Below, piece by piece: positions 37,301 through 51,800 of a stretch of 64,000 nucleotides of DNA. A program made the translations under genes and the position numbers. The first letter of the stretch is position 1. Every line of letters starts with the position of its first letter. Source of the stretch: Pocillopora damicornis. Taxonomy: Eukaryota. Location: the NCBI RefSeq assembly GCF_003704095.1, contig NW_020845694.1, forward strand, positions 620,001-684,000, in the 5' to 3' direction. The notes beneath the pieces were generated by a model. That model was given only the letters and a program-made list of their open reading frames with translations, searched no databases and was not told the origin of the DNA.

Positions 37301-39393
37301 CTTGGGCACCACTGGTGTCATATAACTTTCAGAATCTTCAGAGAGATCACTCAGAGCAAGTTTCTGAGACACTCCCTCAAACCCTAACCTCTCCACAACC
37401 TTCAGAGCTCTTCTCTGTTCATCCGTGAGCCTGTTCTCAGGTGGATCCCCAGGAATGGGAGGAAGGGGCTCACCTGGACCATCCAACTGATCCAGTGCTG
37501 ACCTCTGTCTACTCCTACGGCGACGTTCAGGAGCCTCTGGGGATGTGTCTTCCAAGTAAGGTGGAATAGGAGGAGGAGCTGCCCCATCTCCTTCCTCACC
37601 AGCATCTTCTGATACCTCCTGAATTGTGTCAGGGGTCTGCCGTTTAGTGCTCCCTTTTTTGCTGTGAGATCCTGGTCCATCAACAATATCCTGACCATCA
37701 TGACTTTCCTCTCTGCTGCCTTTCCTACTGCATCTTCGTCCACCAAAATCAAGAGAACGTTTTGCTCGTGATCCACTAGTTGTGCTCTCTTCATCATGAC
37801 TGGTAACATCTGTGAGCTCATCGCTACTATAACTGACCTCACTCAGTGATTCTTTCTATCAGTTAGAGAAAAAGAATACAGGAAAACTAATTTTCTTCAG
37901 ACTCAACATCTATATGCATATACATGCATGTACTTTAACATTTTAAACCCAGCAAGTGACCTGCATCTAATTTCTCCTTACATTAACACTGCAGAATCAT
38001 TCAATAAGATCATGAGAATAAAGGAAAAGATCAGGAACAAAGAGCTTTGATTGCTTTACCCTCTAACTCCCAAGATCTAATTGTTTATACTCCCCTCTCA
38101 CTACTACACATTTCCTTGTAAATATAGTACAAGGTTTTGGTGTTAGATCAAGGTAACAAATTCTACAGGATAAGTCTGAGTATTTTGATTACCTGTTTGC
38201 TGGATAATGTTTGAATACTATAGAGAGAAGTTACATGTAAATCACTTCTGAGAGTTTTAGGGTTAAACAATTTTCTCCTTGTCAGTACCAAAGGAAAGAG
38301 TATGGATACTGATAACAGGATGTAAAGGAGTGATAAATAGTTTTCCTGTAAGAAAACCTGAAAGCCTCAAGAAAATTTCAAATTTGCACATTTTGCAAGT
38401 TAAAAAAAAAGTGCATTTTGGAATGTGGTGTTTTATTAACTAGAGATAGTTAACGATGACTACAAAAGAACCTTTGATCAGTTTGTGCTTTGTTACAAGA
38501 CAACTCAGTGCAGTATTCGAGTCACCTTTGCTGTATTTGTTGCATTGAGCATAAAAATTATAGCAGCAAGTGGGTTTATACCGGCATGTGACGTCATCGC
38601 AAAGTTATGAAAAATTCAAAACATTATGCTGCTTGCTGTTAAAACCTACTATATTTTGAATGTATCATACAAGAAAATTTAATACTCATCAGGATCGACT
38701 CCATCTCGTACCTCTTCTTTGTCTCCATCAACAGATTGTTTTGCTGCACTTTTTTTCCTCTTGTCAACTCTCGAATATACAGGCTGAACGACCTGACCGC
38801 TGTCATGATCTAAAACATGGTAGAAATGTTGCGATGGTTCCCCACCGTTTTCGGCTGTTGCTCCTTCCATCTCCTCAGTTACAGCCAATGTACCTTCCTT
38901 AGTCATCTTGTGGTATTTTGTAGTCTTGTCAAACTTTTTGCTGCCATGAACGGTTTCATAGTCGTCCTCCCAATCTTCCCTAACCTTTTCGTCACGATCA
39001 TGTTCGTTGCCCTGTCGATCAGCTGATGCGCTGCGTTCATCGCCGTTTTCTCCTGGAACTGAAGGTAACTCCGCCCGCGGTCGTTTCGAAAGATCACCAA
39101 TTAAAACCCTACCGACGTTTCCTGCTTCGCCTATTGCCTGCTCGAGTGGAGATGGCGATCGACGAGGCCATGTTTGCGATAAACTGGATGATGTTCTCGG
39201 TACTGCTGCAAAAATGGCGCTTGGCACAAGAGTAGAGGCGATACGACTCTAAGATCCACAAAAATAAAATCAACCTTTCATAATTATATTCATCTCAGAA
39301 GGAAACACAAAAATTTTCGCTTACCAGTCCAGACTGGCTGCCTTTAGATTTTTTAGACTTCGTCTTTTTCTGCTTCTTACTACCCGGCGCCAT
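28309..39393 (-). CDS. CEP89: Centrosomal protein of 89 kDa (CCDC123), about 21 coding exons, one gap at 37027-37126
   Basis: Phase-consistent exons include 39393-39325, 39248-38712, 37855-gap, 36983-36227, 35748-35677, 35473-35412 (VHRLNVELSRYQAKYRP), 34909-34859 (APWL), 34497-34414 (KFLAPLFLAYDD), 33900-33835 (RVMEVVKENQQLH), 32990-32875 (QLQEQAKLVVEEN), down to 28459-28309 (ELEKVW..DNRR); these match CEP89 signature segments, as does N-terminal AAVPRT. Confidence 0.9.
30466..30570 (+). mobile_element. Degenerate tRNA-derived SINE head in a CEP89 intron
   Basis: A-box-like TTGCTCAGTTGGTAGAGC followed by a decayed B box. Confidence 0.4.
31160..31355 (-). mobile_element. tRNA-derived SINE
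   Basis: Minus strand: TAGCTCAGTTGGTAGAGCG (A box)...GGGTTCAAATCCC (B box), followed by non-tRNA body GCCTGAATTTTTTCAGG; no proper acceptor stem. Confidence 0.75.
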
Positions 39394-40129
39394 TTTGAAA
39401 TTCCAGAATATTTATGGCACCTATGCGCTTGCGCCAGCGTCGTTAGTTCAAATCAGTTGTCATGGAAACGCCATTGAAATCCTAAAGCAATAGTTGAGAG
39501 CTTGCTTCATAGCCTATATGGCTGGCGATTTTAAGCACCGTTTATGGTTTTTTGTGTGCCAAACGATGAGTGGCAAAATTGCGAGTCAAAAATAAATTAT
39601 GAATAACCCGTCTCTCTTCCGTTCAAAGCCTCGCACGGCTTCAGTTGCTCCCTGAAAATGCTTGCAGAAGTCCGAAGGGTATATTTTCGCCTTTAGGAAA
39701 TTTAACACCTCTCCGAAAATCGGCCGTGAATTTTATGGTGAGATATTCATTGTTCATTTTCATAATAATCTCTTTCTTTCTAGCGTCTGGATGTACATAA
39801 TGTCTAATCAATTATCTAAACGAGTGGGACGGTATCTCTTCCATGACTCTATCATGGAATGTTTTACGTGTTCCACATGTAATTTTCCGTGTCCAAATTT
39901 AATAAACTAGAGATTGTAAGTACAGGCTGGTGTCATCAAAGAAAACAAGAAATGCGTCTGGCGAATATTTTCCCTGCCATAATGATCGATGGACACGATA
40001 ATGATAGTACCTTTTGAGTCATTGATGAAACTGATTGTGGGAACTACAGTTTGGTTTCTTTGCTTAGCGTACCAAGCAAGATTATACAATCTGAAGTCAA
40101 TGATAACAGTATGCGACACACATTCAAAG

Positions 40130-41508
40130 AGAGCAGCCTAGTTTCAGATAGACAATGGTCATACCTTGCCCTCGACTTGGGAGAGGTACTTTCGAAAAGC
40201 ATTTGACAGTGTTTCCCACGATATATTGAAAATGAAACTGAAACGTGACTTTGGCATTATAGGCACGCTCCTTGATTGGATTAGGAGTCATCTAAATGGA
40301 AGACAGCAATTTACTGCGATGAATGGACCAACTGAGTCAAATCTGCCACCTGTGTCTTTTGGCATTCCTCGGGGATCGGTGCTAAGACCGATTCTTTTCA
40401 CACTAATCACAAACGACCTTCCATCCTCTGTCAGCTCAGGATAACTGTGTATGTATGCAGACGATACTACGGTCTACTGTATAAGAGTAACTGCACACAC
40501 AGCTATTACGCGGTTAAATGCAGCGTTGCAAGAATTACATGTATGGTGCCTTAGCAACCGTTTAACACCTCAACCAGGCAAGAGTCAGGTTTGTTACTCA
40601 TTAAAGGAACCCCGATGGAACCGATAGCTTCTGTGCTATTAGGAACCTCAATTCTTACGTGGGTTACGAATGCACACTTGCTGGGCTTGGCAGTTGACAA
40701 GAAACTCAGCTGGGTACCGCACGTACAAGAAAACGAAAAAGAGCTTTGCTAACAAACTGAACTCGCTAAAACGATCCAGATTTCTCCCATGGGATGTATG
40801 GAAATAATTTTTGTAAAGTAATTTTGACCTCTGTTGATGTGGTTTAGTTCTGTGGGGATCTTGTAGTAATTCTGATATATTTGGTTCAATAGAAAGACTA
40901 CACTACAGGGCAGCAAGAATTATATTTGATCTACCTAAAGCTGATGATATTATCCGACGTGAGTAGATATGACTAGTGGCCTACACTTTCTTTGTATTAC
41001 AAATTAGACATCTTCAAGTTTTTTCTACAAAGGCTATAACTATAATGCCAGTCTCCCCGACTCACTGTCTGAAAACATTCTTAAATGTTGCTCAAATGGT
41101 TACTCCCTGAGGGGACGCGACCTTTTAACAGTACCCAGGTTCCAAACAAGATATATGAAAGACTCGCTTAAATATCGCGGCGCTGTGTTATGGTACACTG
41201 TTTCCTATTGTGAACAAGAAGTTGGACGTTCGAGTCTCAATAACATGAAAAAGGCCTACTCACCAGAGACTACTTTGAGGAACTCAAATTTTACATACTT
41301 TCCGCTTCTACTACTCGCCTTGTATCGACTTATACATACCGATTTTGCTTTTACTTAGAAGTTGTAATATACGTAATTTTCTATTATCAAATTCAAGTTA
41401 TATTTACATAACGTGTAAGTTTCCTTTTTTCTTCACACGACCCCAAAAGCTCGTAGCATAAAATGCTATCGTGTATATATAAAGGTCATCTATCTATCTA
41501 TTTATCTA

Positions 41509-41541
<33 letters not shown>

Positions 41542-41561
41542 TTGTATATCTATCTATCTGT
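40130..41561 (+). mobile_element. Decayed 5'-truncated non-LTR retrotransposon (CR1/L2-like RT) ending in a microsatellite tail
   Basis: FRKAFDSVSHDIL, GIPRGSVLRPILF, MYADDTT (about 40452) RT motifs with stops and frameshifts; (ATCT)n/(GTCT)n at 41488-41561. Confidence 0.88.
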
Positions 41562-42851
41562 NNNNNNNNNNNNNNNNNNNNNNNNNNNNNNNNNNNNNNN
41601 NNNNNNNNNNNNNNNNNNNNNNNNNNNNNNNNNNNNNNNNNNNNNNNNNNNNNNNNNNNNNNNNNNNNNNNNNNNNNNNNNNNNNNNNNNNNNNNNNNNN
41701 NNNNNNNNNNNNNNNNNNNNNNNNNNNNNNNNNNNNNNNNNNNNNNNNNNNNNNNNNNNNNNNNNNNNNNNNNNNNNNNNNNNNNNNNNNNNNNNNNNNN
41801 NNNNNNNNNNNNNNNNNNNNNNNNNNNNNNNNNNNNNNNNNNNNNNNNNNNNNNNNNNNNNNNNNNNNNNNNNNNNNNNNNNNNNNNNNTTTTGTCATTT
41901 TGCCAAAAGAAGTCAGAATTATTATATTTGCTCCCTCTGGTCATTGCGTTCTTGAACCAGACCCCAGTTTGAATTCTTCTGGGAATCTCTCCAATTTTTA
42001 CTGTGATATATTCTTGATGGTATAGTAGCATAACCCGTTGACAGTCCTTTAATTAATTAATGGTAATGGATGGTCAGGACTCTTATTTACGCGTCGTGAG
42101 GATCAAAAGTAGTTTTGTCATTACTGAATTTTGATCTTCCAACAGTTCTTTCTTTTTTAATTGCGAATCTATATGGTTTTCCTGTGGTGTACTTGTTTTA
42201 GGCCATTGGTATTTCTTTTTATAAAATAATTCAAATAGTACGCGCGCTCNNNNNNNNNNNNNNNNNNNNNNNNNNNNNNNNNNNNNNNNNNNNNNNNNNN
42301 NNNNNNNNNNNNNNNNNNNNNNNNNNNNNNNNNNNNNNNNNNNNNNNNNNNNNNNNNNNNNNNNNNNNNNNNNNNNNNNNNNNNNNNNNNNNNNNNNNNN
42401 NNNNNNNNNNNNNNNNNNNNNNNNNNNNNNNNNNNNNNNNNNNNNNNNNNNNNNNNNNNNNNNNNNNNNNNNNNNNNNNNNNNNNNNNNNNNNNNNNNNN
42501 NNNNNNNNNNNNNNNNNNNNNNNNNNNNNNNNNNNNNNNNNNNNNNNNNNNNNNNNNNNNNNNNNNNNNNNNNNNNNNNNNNNNNNNNNNNNNNNNNNNN
42601 NNNNNNNNNNNNNNNNNNNNNNNNNNNNNNNNNNNNNNNNNNNNNNNNNNNNNNAACTTTCAACAGGTTGTTGTTATAGAAATGTAGCTGTGAGTGACAG
42701 CTCTGAAAACCGCGTTCACCGAGTGAGGAAAGTCTTTTGGTGTCCTAGGGATAGTGAAAATACTTTGAAAACTCAATGATGGAGTTTCCTTTGGAAAATT
42801 GGGTTTTCTGACACACAGAACGACATCGCCGTCTACTTTAGTGCTTAGGAA

Positions 42852-45800
42852 ATGGGTTGTGGCTCGAGTAAATCGGAAAACATACCAGATGATGTAAATA
42901 TTCACTCACAGCCGTCAACGGCTAACGGCGATACTTCCCATTTCCAGCCTGTCACTTGCGAAAAAAATTCAGAGAAGCCATCTGTTGATGTCCCTCAAGG
43001 TACAAAAGAAAACGGAATCGGTGCAAAGTCAGTTGAGCAGCGACACGGCTTTGATGGGACAAAAACTACAACCAAGGCATCTCAGATGACAATTTTGCAC
43101 TTCAATGATGTCTACAACATCGAGCCACGGGACAGGGAGCCGGTTGGCGGTGCGGCTAGGTTTGCTACCAAAGTAGCAAGTTTTAAACATTTGAACCCAT
43201 TAATTGCTTTCAGTGGGGACTGTTTAAATCCTTCAACGAGTGAGTATGCTCGTAATTTAGCGTCGCCGTACAATAACTTCAAACAGGGCAGCAGTTCACA
43301 AGTAATGGCTCAACAGACCCTTTTAGCTTGCATGTTTTGTTTACCCCATTTCAGATCATGTGATGATACTTTAGAGAACTGTTTCTTTCAAGTTTCCTCT
43401 TATTCACGTGCATATTTACGCATAATTTACAAAAGGTAGAGCAGGGAATCTCCAGAAGACCTGAAATGGGTAAACGAAACATACGAGCTAAGGAGGCCCA
43501 TTACCAGACAGATGAAGGAAATTGCTCCCCTGTCGTATTGCAAGTACACTGTGGCTTTGCAGTTGGTTTGTTGTCGACGTGCATTGTAAAAAATATAATA
43601 CCTTGTATAGGTAAAGGGATTGAACAGGGAAATTTGGGGATTGCCATCTGGGACCCTCTGTTGTGGTGAAGACCTGTGTTACTGTGTTGTGACATATTAT
43701 TGCTGTGTTGTGACATATCTTGGTGGTTGGGGAGGGGGAGGAGTGGGGGGCGAAGTTCTGTTGGCTATGTAATTCTAAAACTAATGGGGATAGCTACTTC
43801 TGGAACTCATAATGATGTGTGTTATTTTAACGATCGCTAGACTGCCCTCATATGAGAGACAAATGTAAAAATTAATGCCTCTCTAACCCTTCTTAGTTTA
43901 TTGAGAGAATTCAGGGACCAATTTTATGTTTTTTCCTCATAATTATCAGTGAGCAGTGTGACTGGTGGCAAACAGATGATCCCAATTCTAAATTCATTAA
44001 ATGTCCATGTTGCTGTATTTGGAAATCATGACTTTGGTAAGTGTTATGTGGGATTGTAGTATTAACTTTAATATTGCTTGCTTAACCTGCTAGAGGGATT
44101 GTAGTATTTCCATGTGTAATTTGTATGCAGTAAATGCAGTTTAAAGGGAGGATCGGCTCACTTTGTAGACACAGTCCTTGCAGGGACCACGTGCTGCTCT
44201 CCATGCAGATGCTTTTAATTTTACAGGGAGCATCTGAATCTAAAGTTATGTTCAGCCATTGTACTAGAACTCATTACCTACATGTAATGAAGACACAATA
44301 TCAGTGTACCATTTGTGGACTGCGTTGGTTGATTTTCTTATTTGCCATGCTTTTTCTAGTCAAAATTTTTTCTGGGTCAAGATATCATTCCTTGAGTTCC
44401 CATTTTTTTTTTTTTCTACAAGAGAATTTATCCTCTGATTGACAAGTCAAGTAGTCAAGCTTTAAAAGAAATATAAGTCTTCCTGGCGGCATTTGTAGTT
44501 AGTGACTAAGGTTTATTGGCTGCAGCTCTTTTATGCAACATTACTTGGATGAATTTGTCAATTTTTTTTTTTCAGATTTTGGTGTAGATGAGTTGATGGA
44601 GTTTAGTGCTGCTACCAATTGTCCATGGCTTCTTAGCAATGTGATCGACAATGTGACTGGAAAACAGCTGGCTGGTGGTGAAATCAAGTATGTTACAGAG
44701 TGGGGAGAAAGAAAGGTTGGTGAAGCCTCTTTGGTTTATTTCACTGTTTGATAATATGATGCTGAGTTAGTTTCTTTTTGATGAGAGGGGGTAATTTTCT
44801 TAAGATACAATGGTGCTGCATCAGTAAGGTGGTACAACTGAATAATTTGGTTTTATCAACTGAGTTGATAATGCAAATTGGCAACTGCAAGGAGTTTCTA
44901 AGGCTGCCATTTTGTGAGTTAACCATTATTCTTTTTACAAGCCCTTCTCAAAGGCTAGTACACATTTTTATCAAATTTCTTTACATTCAGGTCTATTTTG
45001 CTCAACTTTGCTCTGGAATTCATCTCTGTTTTCAACCAGTCAGATGTAATTATTATACTAAAACCAATTGCACCTTTGTTCCCCACATTTTTCTGTATCT
45101 TGGGCAGTTTCCTTTTTTCAATATAGGTTCAAAGCCCTCCTTGAGTTATTATTTTCCTAGCTTTGTTCTGACTGGCTGTTGTGATTAACCCATTAAAGTT
45201 TTGGTTTAGGAAAACTCAGTCAAAATGTGCTTAAATTACAACTCTTGTTTGGTTTAGATTGGTTTTATTGGCTTAGTGGAAGAAGAGTGGCTTGTTACCC
45301 TGGCAACAGTTGACAGGGAAGAGGTCACATACTTTGATTTTGTAACAGTGGGTACAAAGTTGGCAAAAGAACTTAGAGAAGAGGTGAGTATTTTCTTTAA
45401 CAATTCTTGTAACCAGAGAGACCTCCTTGCCTTTGAAATCCTCAGAATGTAGAGTTGAAAACCATCTTAGTTTCAAGAAAAAGGGTTAGTTTCCTTATAT
45501 CTCATGGTTGTTTTGACGATGTTGTTGATTGTGGGGTCTACCATTGGAATGTTGCTAATGATGATTAAGAAGAATACTGAAGAAGATCTGGCAGGCTTTA
45601 ACCCTTTAACCCTTCAATTATCATCACTTTTTTATTGTTGGTAAATATTCCTAAATAAATGTCACTTTGGAATAAAATTTCTAACTGACAAGAAATATTT
45701 CTTTCCCTATATAGGGAGCAGAGTTTGTGGTAGCCTTGACTCACATGCGAGGACCAAATGATCGTCGTCTAGCAGAGCAAGCAACTGGCATAGATCTAAT

Positions 45801-48800
45801 TTTGGGTGGTCATGATCATGATTACTTCACCGAGAAGGTTTAACATCTCTATCCTTTTGTATTTGAGCTTATTATGTACTTATTGACAAATTAAGGGTCC
45901 ACTTTTAGGCTTTACAAGAGTTAAGTACATTGACTATCAGAAATGACTAGGTATGGTTTTTTTTTGTACCTCCTAGATTAATGGTGTTAATGTCATTAAG
46001 AGTGGAACAGACTTCAGAGAATTTAGTATTATTACTGTCACCTTTTTTGATAACAACCACAACAGCAGTAGCAGTGGCAACAACTCTTTTTCAATAGATG
46101 TTGAAAGAGTCGAAGTCACAAGTGATATACCAGAAGACACTGAAGTGAAGTCCACTGTCGATAAATATGTTGGTAAGCTAATTACATTTTTATTCTTAGA
46201 AATTTTGAAACCATTCAGATTTTATTATTTCAGTGATTTAAAACCATCAGTGTTCTTGAGAGTTGTCTCAGAAGACCAACCATTAACTTGACTTCTAGAG
46301 TTTATGTTGCTCTGGTGTCTTCTGAGAATTTGATGTCTGCATTCAATTTCAATACTAGTCAGTATATCACAGTACATTTGAATAGATTCATTGTGTGAAT
46401 TCTGAAGTTCAAACTAGTGCTGTCAATAATCTTACCAACATTCTTGGCCTAACTGAAAAGAGACGTGAGACCTGAGACTTGTTTGCCCTTAATTTGATGC
46501 CGTGCTGAAATTATTTTATCTAACAAGGTGAGATGAACAACTTGATGGAAGAAGTGATTGGTGAAGTGCAAGTAGAGCTTGATGGAAGATTTTCCAGCAT
46601 GAGAACAAAGGAGACCAACCTGGGTGAGTTGCCTGTTGATGCCTTACTTTTTGGTGAAACTACATGCTTATTCCACCTTCAAACACTCACTTTTAACTTC
46701 CTACACAGCTACAGAACTCACTTACCTTTAGATGCTGTATTAACTCATTTAAATGAGGTGATTTTTGGCATTTATGCGAGGGATACTTTTGTTTCCAAAT
46801 TTTATTTTTTCAAATTAAAATCATTATGGCAAATCATATGTAAAAAAGTTTGTGACACAGAAACTTGTTTTAGATCCAATTATAGCTCCTTGCTTTTGAT
46901 ATAAATTTAAAAGTATGGTGTAGATTATTATATAGAATGTAGAGTAATAAATAATATTTTTGATCAATTGTGTTTCACTCACAACACTAGTACTTGACTT
47001 ACAATCCATAAACTATTCTCCAAGGCAATACCTACAATAGATTACCTTCTGTAAATTAATTACAACAAATTAAACTTCTTAGAATGACTAATGACAATGT
47101 CTCTTTCTTTTTGCTTTCTGCTGCACCATAGGAAATTTTATAACAGATATCATACAAAATGTTACTGAAGTGGACTGTGTTATTCTTAACTCTGGCACCC
47201 TCCGATCAGATTGCATTCATCCCCCTGGAAAGTTCAAAATGAAGGTGCAAATGTTAATATTTTCAAGGATGAAAAATCTTGTTTTACTTTGTAACATGTG
47301 GAGATAGTGAAAGCAATGTTTGTTCTGGCAAAAGCCAACCAAGTGCAATTAGGCTAGCTTTTGTGGTGACCATTCAACAATGACAACTGACTTGTATAGG
47401 GTGTCAATTTACCTTTTCCTTAACACCATTCTTTTGTTATTCATTCCTAACCCTTAAACTCCCAAAATCTGATTACTAATTCTCCCTTCTTGCTGTTACA
47501 CATTTCCTTGTAAATCAGTTCTGAGAATTTGGTGTTAGATCAAGAGAAAAACTCCTAACTGATAAGTTTGAGTTTTCCTATTACTGTTTGCTGGATAATG
47601 TATGGATAGTATTGGGAGAAGTGACATGTTAATCACCTTAGTGGGAGTTAAAGGGTTAATAAACACTGTATACCATGTATTTTCCAGGACCTCTCAGCCA
47701 TCCTTCCTATGCCTGATGTGTTGGTGGTGTTGGAATTGACAGGTATGTCAGCTCTACATAAGTAAAATTGTGATTTTTTTATAATGTTGGGTGATTTTCT
47801 GATGATGGTAATCTTGTGAATGATGTTGGCAGAGACAAACTGATGTTTCAACATTATCTGAGCTGAAGTTGTATTTGATCAAAGTCTGTTGCTTTCATTT
47901 GATATCATGCATTTGTGTTAGTGAGACAGTTACATGCAAATATGGATTTATAAAAGAGCCTTTGTTTTAGGTGATCAGATTTTAGAGGCACTAGAAAATG
48001 GAGTCAGCCAGTGGCCTAAACTTGAAGGAAGATTTCCTCAGGTTGGTAAAATAGATTTTAAGTTAAATACAAAATTTCAGAAGCAATTTAGATCATAATT
48101 TCCACTCTTGATTTTGAAATGGGTGTTGAAAAATGAATCTAAATTTTTGATACATTCATAGATTTTGTCAGTAAGGCTAAATAATAATTCTTACAATAAT
48201 GTACAAAATATTGCATGAAAAAAGTATCAATTTTGTTTGAATGCAAAAGTGATTGTGGATTACTTTGCTTTGCTCATTAATTGGTCTAGAAATCTTGCAA
48301 CACCATTTCAACTAATCAAATGTAAAACTAATCAACAGTTTGTTTTACAATTGCCTGTTTGTCTGCCAAGCCTTTGAACAGAAGTGAGGCTAAGGTTGAC
48401 CTTGTTATGATACAAATGTTGCTGCTTTTCAAATATAAATTACTTTGTTATCATGCCAACTAGATATTGGTCTCTATCACAACATGGTCACCTTCAGCCT
48501 CACTCCAAATCAAAGGCTTGGCAACTATAAATACACAACTGTAAAATGGCCAATTACCAACTTGGTCACTCACATTTTCCTGTGCTTCAAGCTGGTTGCC
48601 TGTTTTTACTTTGAGCTCTTATCAGTTAATAACCTTTGTTCTGATTAGTAACTGTGGAACTTGGTTTTGGTTTTTTCAACACACAATTTGAAAGTGCTCT
48701 CATTAATTGATGAAATTTTCCTTGCTGATAAATTGTAATGATTTCAAGTCATTGCATTGGGTATAGCCTCGAGAAAGTCATTTGGAACCCATGCAGCTAA

Positions 48801-51800
48801 GATGTAAATTGGGTGCTTAGCAGTACCTGATTCATCTGTATTTCCAAATATAGTCTTATGGACTGAAGTTCTTTTAACACTATTTTTAATTAGTAACTTT
48901 AATTTAGAATTGCTATAATTATAGTGCTAACTGATATGCCTAATTATTTTATTTTTTTATGTTGGTAGGTGGCAGGAATAAAATTTTCCTTCAATCCTGA
49001 CAAAGATCCTGGATGCAGAATACTGGAAGACTCTGTGAGCATCAACAATGAGCCACTTGTCAAAGATAAGGTTTGAACCTCTGAAGAAATGAATTCCTTT
49101 GTAAACTGATTTTAGGTTACTATGGTCTTCAACACTTCAGATATGTATGAGGAGTTCTGAGTTCCTATTTCATTTACAAATGTTTCTGAAATTTTGAATG
49201 TGACATAGAGATTGGTCTTCACAGTGTGACTTGTGGACATGTGGTTTGTTTGGTTGGTATTATTGCATTATCCACATTGTTATCACTGTGATAGACTAAA
49301 AGCAGAACCTCCTTTTCAGCAGAGTCTATCATTAGTCCAAAAAAAAACCAGTGGTAGAAATAAATGATTTTGGTTATTGAACCATGCAGAAGTCTGGGAA
49401 TGTGTTGCACTTCACTCCCAGAGTTCTGCATAACATGCTAACATCAACATTTCTTTTGCTCTTCCTTGCTCTTCCTTGCTCTTCCTTGCTCTTCCTTGCT
49501 CTTCCTTGCTCTTCCTTGCTCTTCCTTGCTCTTCCTTGCTCTTCCTTGCTCTTCCTTGCTCTTCCAAAAGTTCATATTGCATTCTTGCTGAATGACAAAA
49601 TAGAAGAATTTCTTATTTTAAATCCTTATAGAGTTACAAAGTATCTACAAAGTCATATCTTGCAAAGGGCAAAGATGGTTATCAAGTATTTACCAAGGGC
49701 AAAGTTCTGGTGAGTTAAATTTGAGATACCAAACAATTATTATATTGAGGGAAAAATTTGAACACAGGGTTGTTACTCTATGATAACTTTAAGTTGCAAG
49801 TGTTGTAAGCTTGTCGTTGGCGTTACAGGGAAAGGGAAGTTAATTTAAAACCTGTTTGTAGCCTAATATCATAATCATTTATCTTTAATGCCACCAGAAT
49901 ATATGATTTTTTAAAATATTTTGTTGGGGATAAACTATCTGAGGTGGTGGCCAAATGGACATGATTTAACACTTTCACACACAAGATCAAAAAATTAATT
50001 CTCTGGACCAGTGTCATACATTTCTTTCTTGGTTGGTCTTGAGAATTTGGTGTCTTATCAGGACCAGAGTTCTTAACCCTCTTACTTCTCATTCTCTTTT
50101 GGATTTCCTTTTTTGTAACCTTCATTATTTCCATCTAGGTTGATGAAGAGGATGGTTCAATTTTAAACACAATTGTCAGGAACCATTTTCACTCAATCAA
50201 CATTGTTAGAGGTGCTACAAAATCAAAATCCTCCCACAGACAAAGTCTAGCTATGTGAGTACTTATCAACACATTTCTGTTCATATTAAAGAGAGGTTGC
50301 ATGTCAAGAACCCTTGGTCAGGTGAAGAAAATAGTGACAGCTTTAGAAGTTTTGGCATGTAGTATTGTTGAATATTTTTTATGAGTTGTGTTGCACCTAT
50401 TTTGACAAGCCTGTAAGGCAAGTTAATATATAACTTACAACAATTGAAAATACTCAGCGACACTAGGCACCAAAACATCTAAATAATTATTTATTATCCC
50501 AATGTTTTACTTAATGCACATTTTAAAATGCACATAGAATAAATCATTTGGATAATAAATAATAGGGTGGGAAAAGCAAAGCAGATAAGGAAGCTTAGCA
50601 CATGCAGCCAAGTGGTTCAACAGGTGTTTTTTATGATATGAAATAACCAACCCACCCACATTGTGATAATTATTCATTATTAAGCACTCAGGAAATAAAA
50701 GATGAAGAGTTTTGCCTGTTAGTCACTAGGTAACCATACCATAACCAGCAACTCTCAGCAAAACTCTTGAGACACAAGAACAAAAGGGTTGAAAATAATC
50801 AAATTTAAAAACCATGTAGCCATGGGTACCCTCCTCTCCCTTTGCCGTGTTGATTAGAATTCTTGAATTATTCAGCAGAAGAGTTGCAGTTGATATCAAC
50901 TTTACTTAGGAAAGGCAAGGGGCTTGGAGCACTCTAATGAGATTAATATTTGCAATAATTTAAGTCTATTTCAAGAAAAGTTTTTCAGCCCTGTAACAAA
51001 TGACTCAAGTTAATTAACCTCTGACTGTGATAATGTAGTCTTAGTTTTATATTAAGTTACTAACCTGAAATAACTGTAACAAATTTAACTTTAACTTAAA
51101 CTTGCCATCACAATGTAAGCATTACACTTTACTTTGTAACATATAACATTGCCTTCTGGATCACTCTTGTACAGTAGAGATAATGGTTAACCAAGAAAAC
51201 ATAAGGTTTTAACAACCTAATTCCTTACTACCTTACTACCTGGTATACAACAAGTGCATGAGTGCTATATGCAAAAGGAATAAGTAAGCAATATAAGTAA
51301 ATAAACACAAAACACACAAAACTATTCAAACTAAATTGTGCAGACTCTAGCGAAGAATGCGTGGCATTTTACTAATTAGAGTTCTTTGCATGGAGTATAT
51401 CTGTTATTTTAATCACATTGAGTAGACAACAATCACCGGATGAAAATATTTGGCATTAAAACTCTTTCTGATTATGATTTCAAACATTTGGTTAAATAAT
51501 TAAAAAATAAATAACATATGGCTATTATTATGGCTCAGATTTAGGCTTCCTTCTGAAAGGTCTTAGTATTACTATAAGAAATAACTTACACAAGTAGGAA
51601 TAAGTCTTGTGCATACATGCACCAACTGTTACAAGCTTTTGTGTACTAATGTTTTTTTGAATAACCATAAATATAATTATTTAAAACATATTTTAAAAAT
51701 CTTTTAACAGGCGATGTAGATCATCTGACATTATTGATGATGGAAATAAAAAATCATCACTTCTTAGTCTGGAAAAAGAGCATATCAGCATTTCACCAAA

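Noticed and set aside
41463-42663. Long ORFs consisting mostly of X (also 57441-57821 and 7385-8257)
   Set aside because: Artefacts of N runs
49384-49713. ORF with (LLFLALPCSS)n repeats
   Set aside because: Translation of an intronic 10-bp minisatellite
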